Assembly (NCBI RefSeq): GCF_964273145.1
Contig: NZ_OZ186875.1
Span: 54,038 to 118,037 of the forward strand
Origin: Streptomyces sp. enrichment culture
Lineage (GTDB): Bacteria > Actinomycetota > Actinomycetes > Streptomycetales > Streptomycetaceae
DNA: 64,000 nt
Reading direction: 5' to 3'
The position numbers and the translations under genes were made by a program. The notes beneath the pieces were generated by a model. It had not been told where the DNA came from. It did no database searches and was given only the letters and a program-made list of their open reading frames with translations. Position 1 is the stretch's first letter. Each line of letters starts with the position of its first letter. Positions 18,243 through 28,447 of the stretch are shown here, in pieces.

Positions 18243-19588
18243 GCGTCCATCCGCCCGGGCCGCCCGTGCGGGCGCTGCCCGGCCTGCTGCGCAAGCTGGC
18301 GGCCGACCGGCTCGGCATGATGCGGGAGGCGGCCGCGCTGTCCGACGCCGTCCGCGTCCGCATGGGGCCGAAGAAGCTGTACGTCTTCAACCGCCCGGAC
18401 TACGCCAAGCACGTCCTGGCCGACAACGCCGCCAACTACCACAAGGGCATCGGCCTGGTGGAGTCCCGCAAGGCGCTCGGCGACGGCCTGCTCACCAGCG
18501 AGGGCGAGCTGTGGCGCGCCCAGCGCCGCACGGTGCAGCCCGCGTTCCGACCGGGCCGGATCACCGCCCAGGCCGGGGCCGTGGCCGAGGAGGCCGCCCG
18601 GCTGGTGGAGCTGCTGCGCCGGCGTGCCGGGGACACCCCCGTCGACGTCCTGCGGGAGGTCACCGGGCTCACCCTCGGAGTGCTCGGGCGCACCCTCATG
18701 GACACCCGTCTGGACGGGCGCGGCGGCATCGCCCACGCCTTCGAGGCCGTCCAGGACCAGGCCATGTTCGACATGGTCACCCAGGGCCTGGTGCCGACGT
18801 GGGTGCCGTTCGCCACGCAGCGGCGCTTCCGCCGGGCCCGCCGGGAGCTGGCCCGCACCGTGGACGAGCTGGTCGCCGACCGCAGCGCGCGCCTTGCGGA
18901 CGGGGACGGCGCCGAGGACGCGTTCGCCCGGATGATCCTCGCCGCCCGCGGGCGCGGGGACCCGGCGTCGGCCCGCCGGCTCCTGCGGGAGGAACTGGTC
19001 ACCCTGCTGCTGGCCGGTCACGAGACGACGGCCAGCACGCTCGGCTGGACCCTGCTGCTGCTCGCCCGCCACCCGCACGTGCGGGACCTGGTGCGCGAGG
19101 AGGCGCGTGCGGTGCTGGCCGGCGGCCGCCTGCCGGAGGCCGGGGACCTGCACAAGCTGACGTACACCACGCAGGCCGTGCAGGAGGCGATGCGGCTGTA
19201 CCCGCCGGTGTGGATCCTGCCGCGCATCGCCCGGGGGCCCGACGAGGTCGGCGGTTTCGACGTGCCGGCCGGCGCCGACGTGCTGGTGTGCCCGTACACC
19301 CTGCACCGCCACCCGGACCTGTGGGACGAACCGGAGCGGTTCGACCCGGACCGCTTCGACGCCTCGCGCGTGGCGCACCGGCACCGCTACGCGTACATCC
19401 CCTTCGGCGCGGGGCCGCGGTTCTGCATCGGAAGCAACCTGGGGATGATGGAGGCGGTGTTCGTCACCGCGCTCGTCAGCCGGGACCTGGACCTGTCCGT
19501 GGTGCCCGGGCACCGGGGCGTCGCCGAGCCGATGATGTCGCTGCGGATGCGGGGCGGACTGCCGATGACGGTCCGCCCGGTGGACTGA
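18239..19588 (+). CDS. sgcE7: Cytochrome P450 E7
   Basis: AGHETT, EAMRLYPP and PFGAGPRFCIG motifs; synteny. Confidence 0.9.
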   Translation: MSVHPPGPPVRALPGLLRKLAADRLGMMREAAALSDAVRVRMGPKKLYVFNRPDYAKHVLADNAANYHKGIGLVESRKALGDGLLTSEGELWRAQRRTVQPAFRPGRITAQAGAVAEEAARLVELLRRRAGDTPVDVLREVTGLTLGVLGRTLMDTRLDGRGGIAHAFEAVQDQAMFDMVTQGLVPTWVPFATQRRFRRARRELARTVDELVADRSARLADGDGAEDAFARMILAARGRGDPASARRLLREELVTLLLAGHETTASTLGWTLLLLARHPHVRDLVREEARAVLAGGRLPEAGDLHKLTYTTQAVQEAMRLYPPVWILPRIARGPDEVGGFDVPAGADVLVCPYTLHRHPDLWDEPERFDPDRFDASRVAHRHRYAYIPFGAGPRFCIGSNLGMMEAVFVTALVSRDLDLSVVPGHRGVAEPMMSLRMRGGLPMTVRPVD

Positions 19589-19663
19589 GCCGCGGCCGGC
19601 GGCGCGGCCCGCGGGCCCCGGCGGGGCGGGCACGGTCACCGTGCCCGCCCCGCCGGTGCCCGG

Positions 19664-20434
19664 TCAGCCGGCGATGCGCTCCAGCGTGCTGCCGCGCAGG
19701 TCGAGCAGTGCCATCAGCACCGGCGGGTCCAGGGCGTCCAGGGGGCGCAGCACGATCTCCGCGGGCATCAGCAGCGTGTCCTCCCGCACGGTCACCGGCC
19801 CGTAACTGCCGACGGAGACCACGTCCTCGGCGCCGGCGCCGGAGGGCAGGTGCTCGTGGCCGTACGGGACGGAGTGCGCCAGGATGTGCCAGGTGCCGGC
19901 CGGGACGTCGCACAGCTCGAACGGGCCGGGCCCGTCCAGGACCGCGCAGCACACCGGCTGTCCCTGGGGGACGGGCGCGGGGAACAGCCCGACGAAGCAG
20001 CGGCCGGGCGCCCGTCCGTCGAGCAGTTGCGCCCGTCCGCGCAGCGTCGCGCCGGAGGTGCCGCCGGCCGGCTCCTGCTCGCCCTGTCCGATGGCGCGGG
20101 TGAATCCCTCCAGTTCCCGGAACATGCTCGGGGAGACGCCGACGCAGAACTTGAAGCGCGAGCTGAACGTGCCCACGCTGCTGTACCCGACCTGGCTGCT
20201 GATGTCGGCGACGCTGTAATCCGTTTCGAGGAGGAGGCGTTTGGCCTCCTGGAGCCTGAGCGCGGAGAGGAAACGCCCGGGGGAGGTGCCTGTCACCTCG
20301 CGGAACACCCGGGTGAAATGGAATTTGCTGAACATGGCCGTGCGGGCCATGTCGTCGATGGTCAGTTCCTGTCCGAGGTTCGCGCGCATTTCATCGATCA
20401 CCCGCAGAACGGCGGCTTCGATGGCGGTGGTCAC
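19664..20434 (-). CDS. AraC-family activator (SgcR2-like)
   Basis: FSKFHFTRVFREVTGTSP...VGYSSVGTFSSRF double HTH; coupled to the upstream StrR-like gene. Confidence 0.88.
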   Translation of the reverse strand: MTTAIEAAVLRVIDEMRANLGQELTIDDMARTAMFSKFHFTRVFREVTGTSPGRFLSALRLQEAKRLLLETDYSVADISSQVGYSSVGTFSSRFKFCVGVSPSMFRELEGFTRAIGQGEQEPAGGTSGATLRGRAQLLDGRAPGRCFVGLFPAPVPQGQPVCCAVLDGPGPFELCDVPAGTWHILAHSVPYGHEHLPSGAGAEDVVSVGSYGPVTVREDTLLMPAEIVLRPLDALDPPVLMALLDLRGSTLERIAG

Positions 20435-21495
20435 CGTTTCTCCCTGTCGTTGAGATGCGCCCCGCCGGGGCCCGGCGGACGGGTCCGGGTGGGGGCGGCG
20501 TCGGACAGCCGCCGTCTGGCGAGCTCCTCGGCGAACCGCTTCCAGGCGCCCGCGCACTGCAGTGCCAGTTCCGCGACGGTGTCGGTGCAGTGCGGGGGCA
20601 CCGCGCCGGCCTGCTGCCGCCATGCCTCGTCGAGCACGAAGTGGGTGTGCAGCCAGCGCAGGAAGCGCCGTCCGGACTCGGAGTGCCGCAGCGACGGGTC
20701 GCCGGCCAGGCGCCGCAGGGTCTCCAGCGGGCCGCGGGTGCGGCCGGCGCCCGGGGGGGCACCGGCCGCACCGGGCGGCTCCGGTGGGCCGGCCTGCTCC
20801 TGGCGGGCGGGCCCGGGTGCCGGTGTGCGCCGGCGGCCGGCGGGGACGGGGGCTTCACCGCGCAGCAGCCGCCGGCGCACGTCGTGGGCCGTCCCCAGGG
20901 ACAGGCCGGTCTCCTTCACGATGGCCCGCAGGGGCAGGTCGGGGCGGCGGGTCATCAGCTCGGCGGCCCGGATCCGCTCGGCCGTGCGGTCGAGGGGGTG
21001 GGCGCGGCCGTCGGCCCCGATCCGGATGTTCGGCCGCGGGGATTCCGCGGTTGAACCGGGGCGGACCGAGGCCACCGTCTTGGCGTCCAGTCCGGTGTAG
21101 GCGGCGACGGCCCGGTCGGAGAGGTCGGGGCTGAAGCGCAGGATGCGTTCGGCGGCCGCCTTGCGGTCGGCCGTGGACAGCGGCAGGCCGTGGGCGACGT
21201 TGGCCGTCACCGACCGGAGGAACGCGTCCTCCTCCGCGCCGTCGAAGTACTGCACCTCCACGGAGGTGAGGCCCTTGGCGGCGGCCGCGGCGACGCGGTG
21301 CATCCCGTCGATCACGCGCATGGTCGCGCGGTGGACGAGGACCGGCGGCAGTGTGGCGTAGATGTCGGCGAGGCGTCGTACGTGGGCCTCGTCGACGCCG
21401 TTCAGGCGCGGTGAGTCGGCGGGCCGCAGTGCCTCGATGCGCACCCGGTGCGTGAAGTGGGCCGGCAGTGCCAGAGATCTGTCGTCGCTGTTCAC
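20431..21495 (-). CDS. StrR-like (ParB-domain) regulator (SgcR1-like)
   Basis: DSPRLNG, LPPVLVH..TMRVIDGMHR, NVAHGLPLS and DPSLRHSESGR motifs. Confidence 0.88.
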   Translation of the reverse strand: MNSDDRSLALPAHFTHRVRIEALRPADSPRLNGVDEAHVRRLADIYATLPPVLVHRATMRVIDGMHRVAAAAAKGLTSVEVQYFDGAEEDAFLRSVTANVAHGLPLSTADRKAAAERILRFSPDLSDRAVAAYTGLDAKTVASVRPGSTAESPRPNIRIGADGRAHPLDRTAERIRAAELMTRRPDLPLRAIVKETGLSLGTAHDVRRRLLRGEAPVPAGRRRTPAPGPARQEQAGPPEPPGAAGAPPGAGRTRGPLETLRRLAGDPSLRHSESGRRFLRWLHTHFVLDEAWRQQAGAVPPHCTDTVAELALQCAGAWKRFAEELARRRLSDAAPTRTRPPGPGGAHLNDREKR

Positions 21496-21597
21496 CTCTC
21501 CCCTTCCCCCCACGGTCGAGACGGAGGCGTGCCGGAATGCCCCCGTCGCCGTCGCGGAAGGGGTCCGGCGGTTACGGGGGAATGCCTCCGCCGAGAG

Positions 21598-21620
21598 AAT
21601 AGTGAACGTCCTGTTTTTTT
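21598..21620. promoter_or_regulatory. ARE-like box 3
   Basis: AATAG-TGAACGTCCTG-TTTTTTT between the R1-like gene and E8. Confidence 0.75.
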
Positions 21621-21776
21621 CTGGGGCGGGCGGGATCCGTTGCGGCGACTTTGGCGAATCGATGGGCGCGCACATGTTCGGGCAAACGCCCGGAAGTTGG
21701 TTGTTTGAAAAGACTTACCGCTCCTAGCTTCTTCTCACGCCATCAGGAACAGCCGAGAACCAGACCGGAGGCTCCG

Positions 21777-22364
21777 TTGCCCGCAGTGAGAAGAATTCCC
21801 GAGCGGAAGGTCGACATCGGGCCCGAGGCCACCCTCACGCTCGAGGCCTACGCCGACACCATCGTCCCGGGGGAGAAGCGCTGGCCCGGGGACCGGGCGA
21901 TCGCCGGGGTCAGCACCGGCGGCGGCGCGGTCGCCTCCGGGGCCCTGGACCTGCTCCGCTGGGACGCCACCGGGATCCACGACGGCCTGGAGGACCTGGC
22001 GGACCGGGTCAACGGCCACGCCAGGGCCCACGCCGAGAAGGCCGGCCTCGCCCTCGACCCGACGGTGCCGCCGTTCGTCTCCCTGTCCTACGACGAGCGC
22101 GCCCGCCTCATCCAGGAACTGACCACGCCCGGCCACCCGGAGAAGGACTTCTGGGTCCTGCTCTCCCTGTTCTGCAACATGGCCTACGACTCCGCCGCCC
22201 ACCTGCACACCGCCGACGCGCTCGCGGCCGGCCACCCGGGCCTGACGGACATGGGCATCACCCGGCCGGACGCCGACGGACTGTGGCGCTTCGAGAACTC
22301 CGGCTACGGACGCCGGCTCGCCCGACCCCACCCCGACACGACCCCCACCGGGAGTCCCGCATGA
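21777..22364 (+). CDS. sgcE8: Enediyne biosynthesis protein E8
   Basis: TLEAYADTIVPGEKR...AYDSAAHLHT; TTG after GGAGG; coupled to E9. Confidence 0.85.
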   Translation: MPAVRRIPERKVDIGPEATLTLEAYADTIVPGEKRWPGDRAIAGVSTGGGAVASGALDLLRWDATGIHDGLEDLADRVNGHARAHAEKAGLALDPTVPPFVSLSYDERARLIQELTTPGHPEKDFWVLLSLFCNMAYDSAAHLHTADALAAGHPGLTDMGITRPDADGLWRFENSGYGRRLARPHPDTTPTGSPA

Positions 22365-24028
22365 GCAACGCCACGGAAAAGACCGACGTCCTGGTCGTCG
22401 GCAGCGGCTTCGGCGGTGCGATCGCCGCCTACCACCTGGCCGCCGGCGGCGCCAAGGTCACCGTCCTGGAGCGCGGGCCCTGGCTGGAGAACGACGAGTT
22501 CGAGCACGACTACAAGCTCGGCTCCTCCTACACGCGCATCTTCGACTTCGTCGTCGGCGACGGCATGAGCGTGCTGGGCGGCAACTGCGTCGGCGGCGGC
22601 AGCGTCGTCTACTTCGCGGCCATGCCGCGCGCCCCCCGGTTCGTCTTCGAACGGCGCGGCAGCATCGGCCGCCGGATGTGGCCCGGGGCGATCAGCCGCG
22701 ACACCCTCGACCCCTGGTACGACCGCATCGAGGAGTCCCTGTCGGTCGGCAGGCCCGACTGGGGCGAGGCCTCCTACGCGGGCGGCCTGTGGGCCGCGGC
22801 CTGCGACCACGCCGGGCGCACCGCCAACCCGCTCGCCGCCGCGGTCGACAACTCCAGGTGCGTCAACTGCAACTTCATGATGGCCGGCTGCCGGTTCGAG
22901 GCGAAGCGGTCGCTCACCACCAACTACCTCCCGGCCGCCGTCGCCCACGGCGCCGAGATCCGCCCGCTGCACGAGGTGCAGTACCTGACGCGGACCGCCG
23001 ACGGCGGCTACCGGGTCCACTACGACGTCGTCGACGACGAGGACTACCGCCTGCACACCGGCTCCGGCGTCATCGAGGCCAAGATCGTCGTACTGGCGGC
23101 GGGCGCCGGCGCCACCCCCGTCATCCTGCAGCGCAGCGAGGCCCACCTCGGCACGATGCCGCACGCCGTCGGCCGCTACTTCTCCGGCAACGGCGAGCGC
23201 CTCAACACGGCCGTCCTCGACGAGGACAAGGTCGCCGAGGTCCTCGGCCTGAGCCGCGGCGACGGCAACCCGCCCTACGGCGCCAACGCCATCGGCAGGG
23301 GCCCGACCGTGGCCAGCTGGGACAAGCTCGACGGCTCCCTGCCGGAGTACTCCCGCTACTCCCTGGAACAGCTCTACTTCCCGCCGGGCCTGGGCACCAT
23401 CCTCGCGCAGGCGCCCGACGCCACGGGGCCCACCTGGTTCGGCAGGGAGAAGAAGGAGATCCTGAGGAACTGGAAGTCCTGGCTGACGATCTTCTGCATG
23501 ACCGAGGACGACAACGAGGGCGTCTTCGGGCCGCCGCCGGCCACCGGCAACTCCCACCGGATCTCCCAGCAGATGCTCGGCCGCGGCAACCTGTCGTACA
23601 AGCCGACGGAGAACACCTGGCACGGCTGGAACCAGGCCGACGCCGACGTGAAGGAGATCCTGGAGAAGGACGGCCTGGCGAAGGTGATGCCGTGGACCAA
23701 CGACCTGGTCGGCGCCTACACCGTCCACCCGCTGGCCTCCTGCCGCATGGGCGACGACCCGCGCACCTCGGCGCTGGACGACACCAACGAACTGCGCGGC
23801 CACGCCGGCATCTTCGTCACCGACGGCTCCGCCGTCCCCTGCGCCCTGACCGTCAACCCGGCCATGACCATCGCCGCCGTCGCCGAGCGGGCCGTGCCGC
23901 ACATCGTGGCCGCCGCCCGGGCCAGGGGAGTGGAGGTCACCTACGGCGCCCCGGCCCCCGCCGGCCACACCGGCGGACGCAAGGGGGTGCTGCCCCTGCT
24001 CAGGCGCGACCAGCTCGCCGGCGTCTGA
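22361..24028 (+). CDS. sgcE9: GMC-family FAD oxidoreductase E9
   Basis: GSGFGG, VGGGSVVY, HPLASCRMG and DGSAVP..VNP motifs. Confidence 0.9.
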   Translation: MSNATEKTDVLVVGSGFGGAIAAYHLAAGGAKVTVLERGPWLENDEFEHDYKLGSSYTRIFDFVVGDGMSVLGGNCVGGGSVVYFAAMPRAPRFVFERRGSIGRRMWPGAISRDTLDPWYDRIEESLSVGRPDWGEASYAGGLWAAACDHAGRTANPLAAAVDNSRCVNCNFMMAGCRFEAKRSLTTNYLPAAVAHGAEIRPLHEVQYLTRTADGGYRVHYDVVDDEDYRLHTGSGVIEAKIVVLAAGAGATPVILQRSEAHLGTMPHAVGRYFSGNGERLNTAVLDEDKVAEVLGLSRGDGNPPYGANAIGRGPTVASWDKLDGSLPEYSRYSLEQLYFPPGLGTILAQAPDATGPTWFGREKKEILRNWKSWLTIFCMTEDDNEGVFGPPPATGNSHRISQQMLGRGNLSYKPTENTWHGWNQADADVKEILEKDGLAKVMPWTNDLVGAYTVHPLASCRMGDDPRTSALDDTNELRGHAGIFVTDGSAVPCALTVNPAMTIAAVAERAVPHIVAAARARGVEVTYGAPAPAGHTGGRKGVLPLLRRDQLAGV

Positions 24029-24055
24029 CGCCCCGGCACGGTTTTGGGCGCTGTT

Positions 24056-24107
24056 GAGTTGCTTCACGAAACCTTGCACGTGACCTCTGAGTTGCTTCAC
24101 ACAACTC
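24056..24107. promoter_or_regulatory. Tandem palindromic operator pair (candidate HxlR sites)
   Basis: GAGTTGCTTCACGAAACCT and GAGTTGCTTCACACAACTC, 33 bp apart, upstream of the M-E11 genes. Confidence 0.6.
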
Positions 24108-24129
24108 GTATCCGAACCAGGAGGCGGCG

Positions 24130-25170
24130 GTGCGACCGCTCGTAAGAACCCTGCTGAAGGGCTCCCTGAAGCAGATCCGGCACATCGCGGCCGTCCACCA
24201 GACCGAGGCCCGCGGCCTGGTGGCCGAGGTCTACGCCCAGGCCCGGCGCGAGTTCGGCGTCGTCGCCCCGCCCCTGGCCCTGCACTCGCCGGCGCCCGAG
24301 GCGCTCGCCGCCTCATGGCTGCTGCTGCGCGAGACCCTCCTCGCCGAGGGCCGGGTGAGCCGGGCCGCCAAGGAGGCGGTCGCCACCGCGGTCTCCCGGG
24401 CCAACGACTGCCCGTACTGCGTCGAGGTCCACGAAGCCAAGCTCACCACCCTGCCCGGCGCCGGCGGCCACGCCCCGCTCGCCCGGTGGGCGTACCGCGG
24501 CGGCGGGCTCCCCGGCGCGAGCGGCGGGGAGCCGCCCTTCGACGCGGCCCAGGCCCCCGAGATCCTCGGCACCGCCGTCACCTTCCACTACCTCAACCGG
24601 ATGGTGCGGCTCTTCCTGCCCGACTCGCCCGTCCCCGGCGCGGCACCGTCCGCGGGCCGCGCCCCGGTGATGCGGATGGTCGCCCGCGCCATGCGCCCCG
24701 ACACCGCCACGACCGTGACACCCGGCGCCTCGCTGGGCCTGCTGCCGGCCGCGCCGCTGCCGGCCGGACTCGGCTGGGCGAAGGACAGCCCGGCCGTCGC
24801 CGGTGCCCTCGCCCGCGCCGTCGCCTCCGTCGACGCCGCCGCCGGGCGCTGGGTCCCCGAGGCCGTCCGCGCGCTGCTGCACGCCGAACTCGCCCTGCGC
24901 GAGGGCACCGTACCCGGCCCGAGCCGCGCCTGGCTGGACACCGCCACCGCCCCCCTCGCCGCCGGCCACCTGCCCACCGCCCGGCTGGCCCTCCTCGTCG
25001 CCCTCAACCCCTCCCAGACCACCGACGCGGACATCGCGGCGTTCCGCGCCCTGCACCCCGGCGACCGGGAACTGGTGGAGCTCGCCTCCTGGGCGGCGCT
25101 CACCGCCGCCGTCCGCATCGGCACCCGCCTCGGCAAACCCGCCCGCCCCACGACACCCGCCGCCCGCTGA
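24130..25170 (+). CDS. AhpD/CMD-like protein (SgcM-like)
   Basis: NDCPYCVEVH CxxC motif and FHYLNRMV; between E9 and E11. Confidence 0.78.
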   Translation: MRPLVRTLLKGSLKQIRHIAAVHQTEARGLVAEVYAQARREFGVVAPPLALHSPAPEALAASWLLLRETLLAEGRVSRAAKEAVATAVSRANDCPYCVEVHEAKLTTLPGAGGHAPLARWAYRGGGLPGASGGEPPFDAAQAPEILGTAVTFHYLNRMVRLFLPDSPVPGAAPSAGRAPVMRMVARAMRPDTATTVTPGASLGLLPAAPLPAGLGWAKDSPAVAGALARAVASVDAAAGRWVPEAVRALLHAELALREGTVPGPSRAWLDTATAPLAAGHLPTARLALLVALNPSQTTDADIAAFRALHPGDRELVELASWAALTAAVRIGTRLGKPARPTTPAAR

Positions 25171-25209
25171 CCGGCGGCCCCGACCGCGCATCCCGCCGAA
25201 GGAGAGACC

Positions 25210-26019
25210 ATGAGCACGCTGAACGACGTCGTGAAGGACCTCGCCACCGACATCGAGGAGACCGCCCGCCTGGTCGAGAACCTGGACGAGCGGGCCTGGC
25301 ACACCCCCACCCCCGCCCCGGGCTGGAGCATCGCCGACCAGATCGCCCACCTGACCTTCATCTTCCACCTGGCCGGCACCGCCGCCTCCGACCCCGAGGC
25401 CTTCGCCGGACTCGCCGCCGGCGCCGCCGGCGACTTCGACGCCGCCGTCGACGCCGCCCTCAAGCAGTTCAACGCCTTCCCGCCCGCCGAACTCCTCGCC
25501 CGCTTCCGCGCCCTGGGCGAGAGGTCCGTCGGCGCGCTCGCCGCCGTCCCCGCGGACCAGGTCGTGCCGTGGCTGGTCAACCCGCTGCCGCCGGCCGTCC
25601 TCGCCTCCGCCGGGATCATGGAGGTCTTCGGCCACGGACAGGACATCGCCGACGCGCTCGGTGTCCGCCGCGAGCCCACCGGGCGCCTGCGCCACCTGGT
25701 CTTCTTCGCCTCCCTCACCCGGGACTTCGGCTACCTCTCCCGGGGCCTGACCCCGCCGGCCGACCCGTTCCGCATCGAGGTGACGGCACCGAACGGCGAG
25801 GTGTGGGCGTACGGCCCCGAAGACGCCGGGAACAAGATCACCGGGCCTGCCGAGGACTTCTGCCTCCTGGTCACCCGCCGCCGCCACCGCGACGACCTCG
25901 CCCTCGTCGCCACCGGCACCGAGGCCGACCGCTGGCTGGACATCGCCCAGGCCTACCGCGGCCCCGCCGGCGAGGGCCGCCGGCCCGGCCAGTTCGCCCA
26001 CCGGGGCCGCGACCACTGA
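25210..26019 (+). CDS. sgcE11: Enediyne protein E11 (MDMPI-like metal-binding family)
   Basis: TPAPGWSIADQIAHL, MEVFGHGQD and DFCLLVTRRRH motifs. Confidence 0.85.
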   Translation: MSTLNDVVKDLATDIEETARLVENLDERAWHTPTPAPGWSIADQIAHLTFIFHLAGTAASDPEAFAGLAAGAAGDFDAAVDAALKQFNAFPPAELLARFRALGERSVGALAAVPADQVVPWLVNPLPPAVLASAGIMEVFGHGQDIADALGVRREPTGRLRHLVFFASLTRDFGYLSRGLTPPADPFRIEVTAPNGEVWAYGPEDAGNKITGPAEDFCLLVTRRRHRDDLALVATGTEADRWLDIAQAYRGPAGEGRRPGQFAHRGRDH

Positions 26020-26150
26020 GCAGCCGGCCGCCCCCACCGCGCGGGCGGCCCCCCCCACCGCACGGGCGGCCGGACCCGGACCCGCCGCCCGCCCGCGGAC
26101 CGCGACCCACCCACCGAGGCCGCCCGGCCGTTCGCCGCGAGGAGCCCTCC

Positions 26151-27044
26151 ATGACCACCACCCTGCGCACCGCCGTCGTCATCGGCTGCGGCACCACCGG
26201 CACCTCGGTCGCCCTCGCCCTGACCACCGCCGGCGTGCGGGTCGCCCTGAGCGACGACGATCCGCAGCCGCTGGCCGAAGCCGTGGCCCTGGGCGCCGGG
26301 ACCGCCTGGAACCCCGCGCTGGCGCCCGCCGACCTCGTCGTCGTCGCCACCGCGCCGTCGGCCGTCGTCGACACCCTGCACAGCGCGCAGAGCAGGGGAC
26401 TGGGGCACGTCTACACCGACACGGCCGCCGCGAAGGACACCGTGTGCGCGGAGGCGGAGCTGCGCGGCTGCGATCTCAAGGGGTACGTGCCCGGACACCC
26501 CCTGGCCGGCCCCGACGCCCCGGGCCGGGGCGCCGCGGACGCCGGCCGCTTCACGGGCCGGCCCTGGGCGGTGTGCCCGTACGAGACCACGCCCGGCTGG
26601 GCGCTGGAGACGGTGGACGCGCTGATCGCGGCGTGCGGGGCGCACCGGGTGGACCTGACACCCCCCGCCCACGACCGCGTCGTCGCCGAACTGTCCCACG
26701 CCCCGCACCTGGTCGCCGCCGCCCTCGCCACCCGGTTCGCCGACAGCTCCGAGGCGTTCCTGGACCTGGCCGACGACGGACTGCGCGACGCGCTGCGCGG
26801 CGCCGGCGGCGACCCGTGGCTGTGGAGCGACGTCCTGGCCCACAACGCGGGCCCGGTGGCCGACGTCCTGGACCGGGTCGCCGGCCAGCTCGCCCGGGCT
26901 GCCGCCATCCTGCGCGAGGGCGACGCCTGCGCGCCCCTGGAACTCGCACCGACCCTCCAGCAGGGCCGGCGCGGACAGCGCGCGCTGCAGCGGTCCGGTG
27001 AACGGCGCACGCTGCGAGATGCGCCGGCCGGCGGCCGGATGTGA
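26151..27044 (+). CDS. tyrA: Prephenate dehydrogenase (no ACT domain)
   Basis: IGCGTTG Rossmann variant, GHPLAG and HDRVVAELSHAPH motifs. Confidence 0.8.
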   Translation: MTTTLRTAVVIGCGTTGTSVALALTTAGVRVALSDDDPQPLAEAVALGAGTAWNPALAPADLVVVATAPSAVVDTLHSAQSRGLGHVYTDTAAAKDTVCAEAELRGCDLKGYVPGHPLAGPDAPGRGAADAGRFTGRPWAVCPYETTPGWALETVDALIAACGAHRVDLTPPAHDRVVAELSHAPHLVAAALATRFADSSEAFLDLADDGLRDALRGAGGDPWLWSDVLAHNAGPVADVLDRVAGQLARAAAILREGDACAPLELAPTLQQGRRGQRALQRSGERRTLRDAPAGGRM

Positions 27045-27054
27045 CGGTCGGTCC

Positions 27055-27318
27055 GTGACCCCCGCGAACCCGCCGCCCGCCGCCGGCAGCCGGCCAGCCG
27101 TCCCCGCGCCGTACCTGGCCAGGCGGCTGGCACGGTCCGCCTACGAGTGCCTGTCCGGCTTCGGCTGGCTGTGGATCGGCGCGTCGCCGCACGCGCTCGG
27201 CACCGCGGTGGCGGACGAGCCTTCGCCCGGCCGTCCGGAGCACCTGAGCGGCCTGCCCCTGAGCGGCCTGCCCCTGAGCCCGCTGGAGCGCGCCCCGGAA
27301 CGGCAGCTGACGCGTTGA
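27055..27318 (+). CDS. Small hypothetical protein resembling a family found in actinomycete BGCs (DUF6059-like)
   Basis: LSGFGWLW...PGRPEHL...PLSPLERA pattern; internal 15-bp duplication; start uncertain. Confidence 0.45.
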   Translation: MTPANPPPAAGSRPAVPAPYLARRLARSAYECLSGFGWLWIGASPHALGTAVADEPSPGRPEHLSGLPLSGLPLSPLERAPERQLTR

Positions 27319-27448
27319 CCGCTGCCGGTTGCCCGCGCGGGGCGCGGGCGGGCAGAGCAACGTCAAAGATGCCCCCCGCTCGCCCCGCTTGAAGCATGGA
27401 GCGCAGGTGACCGACCCCTGGACCGTCCGGATGACGAGGTGCAGAGCA

Positions 27449-28447
27449 GTGACTGTTGACATCGCACAGGGCGAAGCGCGCGGCATCGCCTCCCTCTACA
27501 ACTCCGCGGTGGCGGCCTGGGCGATCGCCGCGGCCTGGGAGATCGGCGCGCTGGAGGAGCTGCACCGCACCAGGACCCTGGACACGGCGGACTTCGCCGC
27601 GCGCACCGGCCTCGACCCCCAGTCGACCACCGGTCTCTTCCGCGCCCTCGCGGCGGTCGGACTGGTACGGCGCGAGGGCACCGAGGTCCGCACCCTCGAC
27701 GGCTTCGACGAGATGTACCGCAGCAAGGCGTTCTTCCACTGGCTCACCCGGGGCAGCGCCGAGCTGTTCCGGCAGATGCCCTCCGTGCTGCGCACCGAGA
27801 ACCGCACGGGCGACTACTACCAGCGGGACGCCGCCGCCATCGCCTACGCCTGCCGGGAGATCGACCAGGTCACCTACGCGCCCACCTTCTGGGCCGCCAT
27901 GGACCGGGTGGACTTTCCCCTCTCCCGCGTCGCGGATCTCGGGTGCGGCAGCGGCGCGCGCCTGATGCAGATCCTCGACCGCCACCCGGGTACGACGGGC
28001 GTCGGCATCGACATCGCGCAGCCCTCCCTGGAGGTGGCCAGGAAGGAGGCGGCCGAGGCCGGGTTCGCCGACCGCGCCGAGTTCGTCCGGGGCGACGTGC
28101 TCCGTCTCGATCCCCGCCCCGAGTACGCCGACGTCGAGCTGCTCACCTGTTTCATGATGGGCCACGACTTCTGGCCCCGGGAGAACTGCGTGGCCACGCT
28201 GCGCCGGCTGCGGGAGGTCTTCCCCGCGGCCCGGCGCCTGCTGATTGGCGACGCCACCCGTACCGCGCTGCCCGACACCGAACTGCCCGTCTTCACACTC
28301 GGCTTCGAGCTCGGCCACGACCTGATGGGCACCTTCCTGCCCACCGTGGAGGACTGGGAGTCGGTCTTCGCCGAGGGCGGCTGGGAACTGGTGCGCACCA
28401 ACCGCATCGAGATGACCGTCGGCGAGGTCGTCTTCGAACTCGCCTGA
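27449..28447 (+). CDS. mppJ: MppJ-type phenylpyruvate C3-methyltransferase
   Basis: AAWEIGALEEL, YQRDAAAIAYACREI, ADLGCGSG, TCFMMGHDFWPRENCV and FTLGFELGHDLMG match the MppJ sequence as recalled, including both metal-binding His. Confidence 0.85.
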   Translation: MTVDIAQGEARGIASLYNSAVAAWAIAAAWEIGALEELHRTRTLDTADFAARTGLDPQSTTGLFRALAAVGLVRREGTEVRTLDGFDEMYRSKAFFHWLTRGSAELFRQMPSVLRTENRTGDYYQRDAAAIAYACREIDQVTYAPTFWAAMDRVDFPLSRVADLGCGSGARLMQILDRHPGTTGVGIDIAQPSLEVARKEAAEAGFADRAEFVRGDVLRLDPRPEYADVELLTCFMMGHDFWPRENCVATLRRLREVFPAARRLLIGDATRTALPDTELPVFTLGFELGHDLMGTFLPTVEDWESVFAEGGWELVRTNRIEMTVGEVVFELA

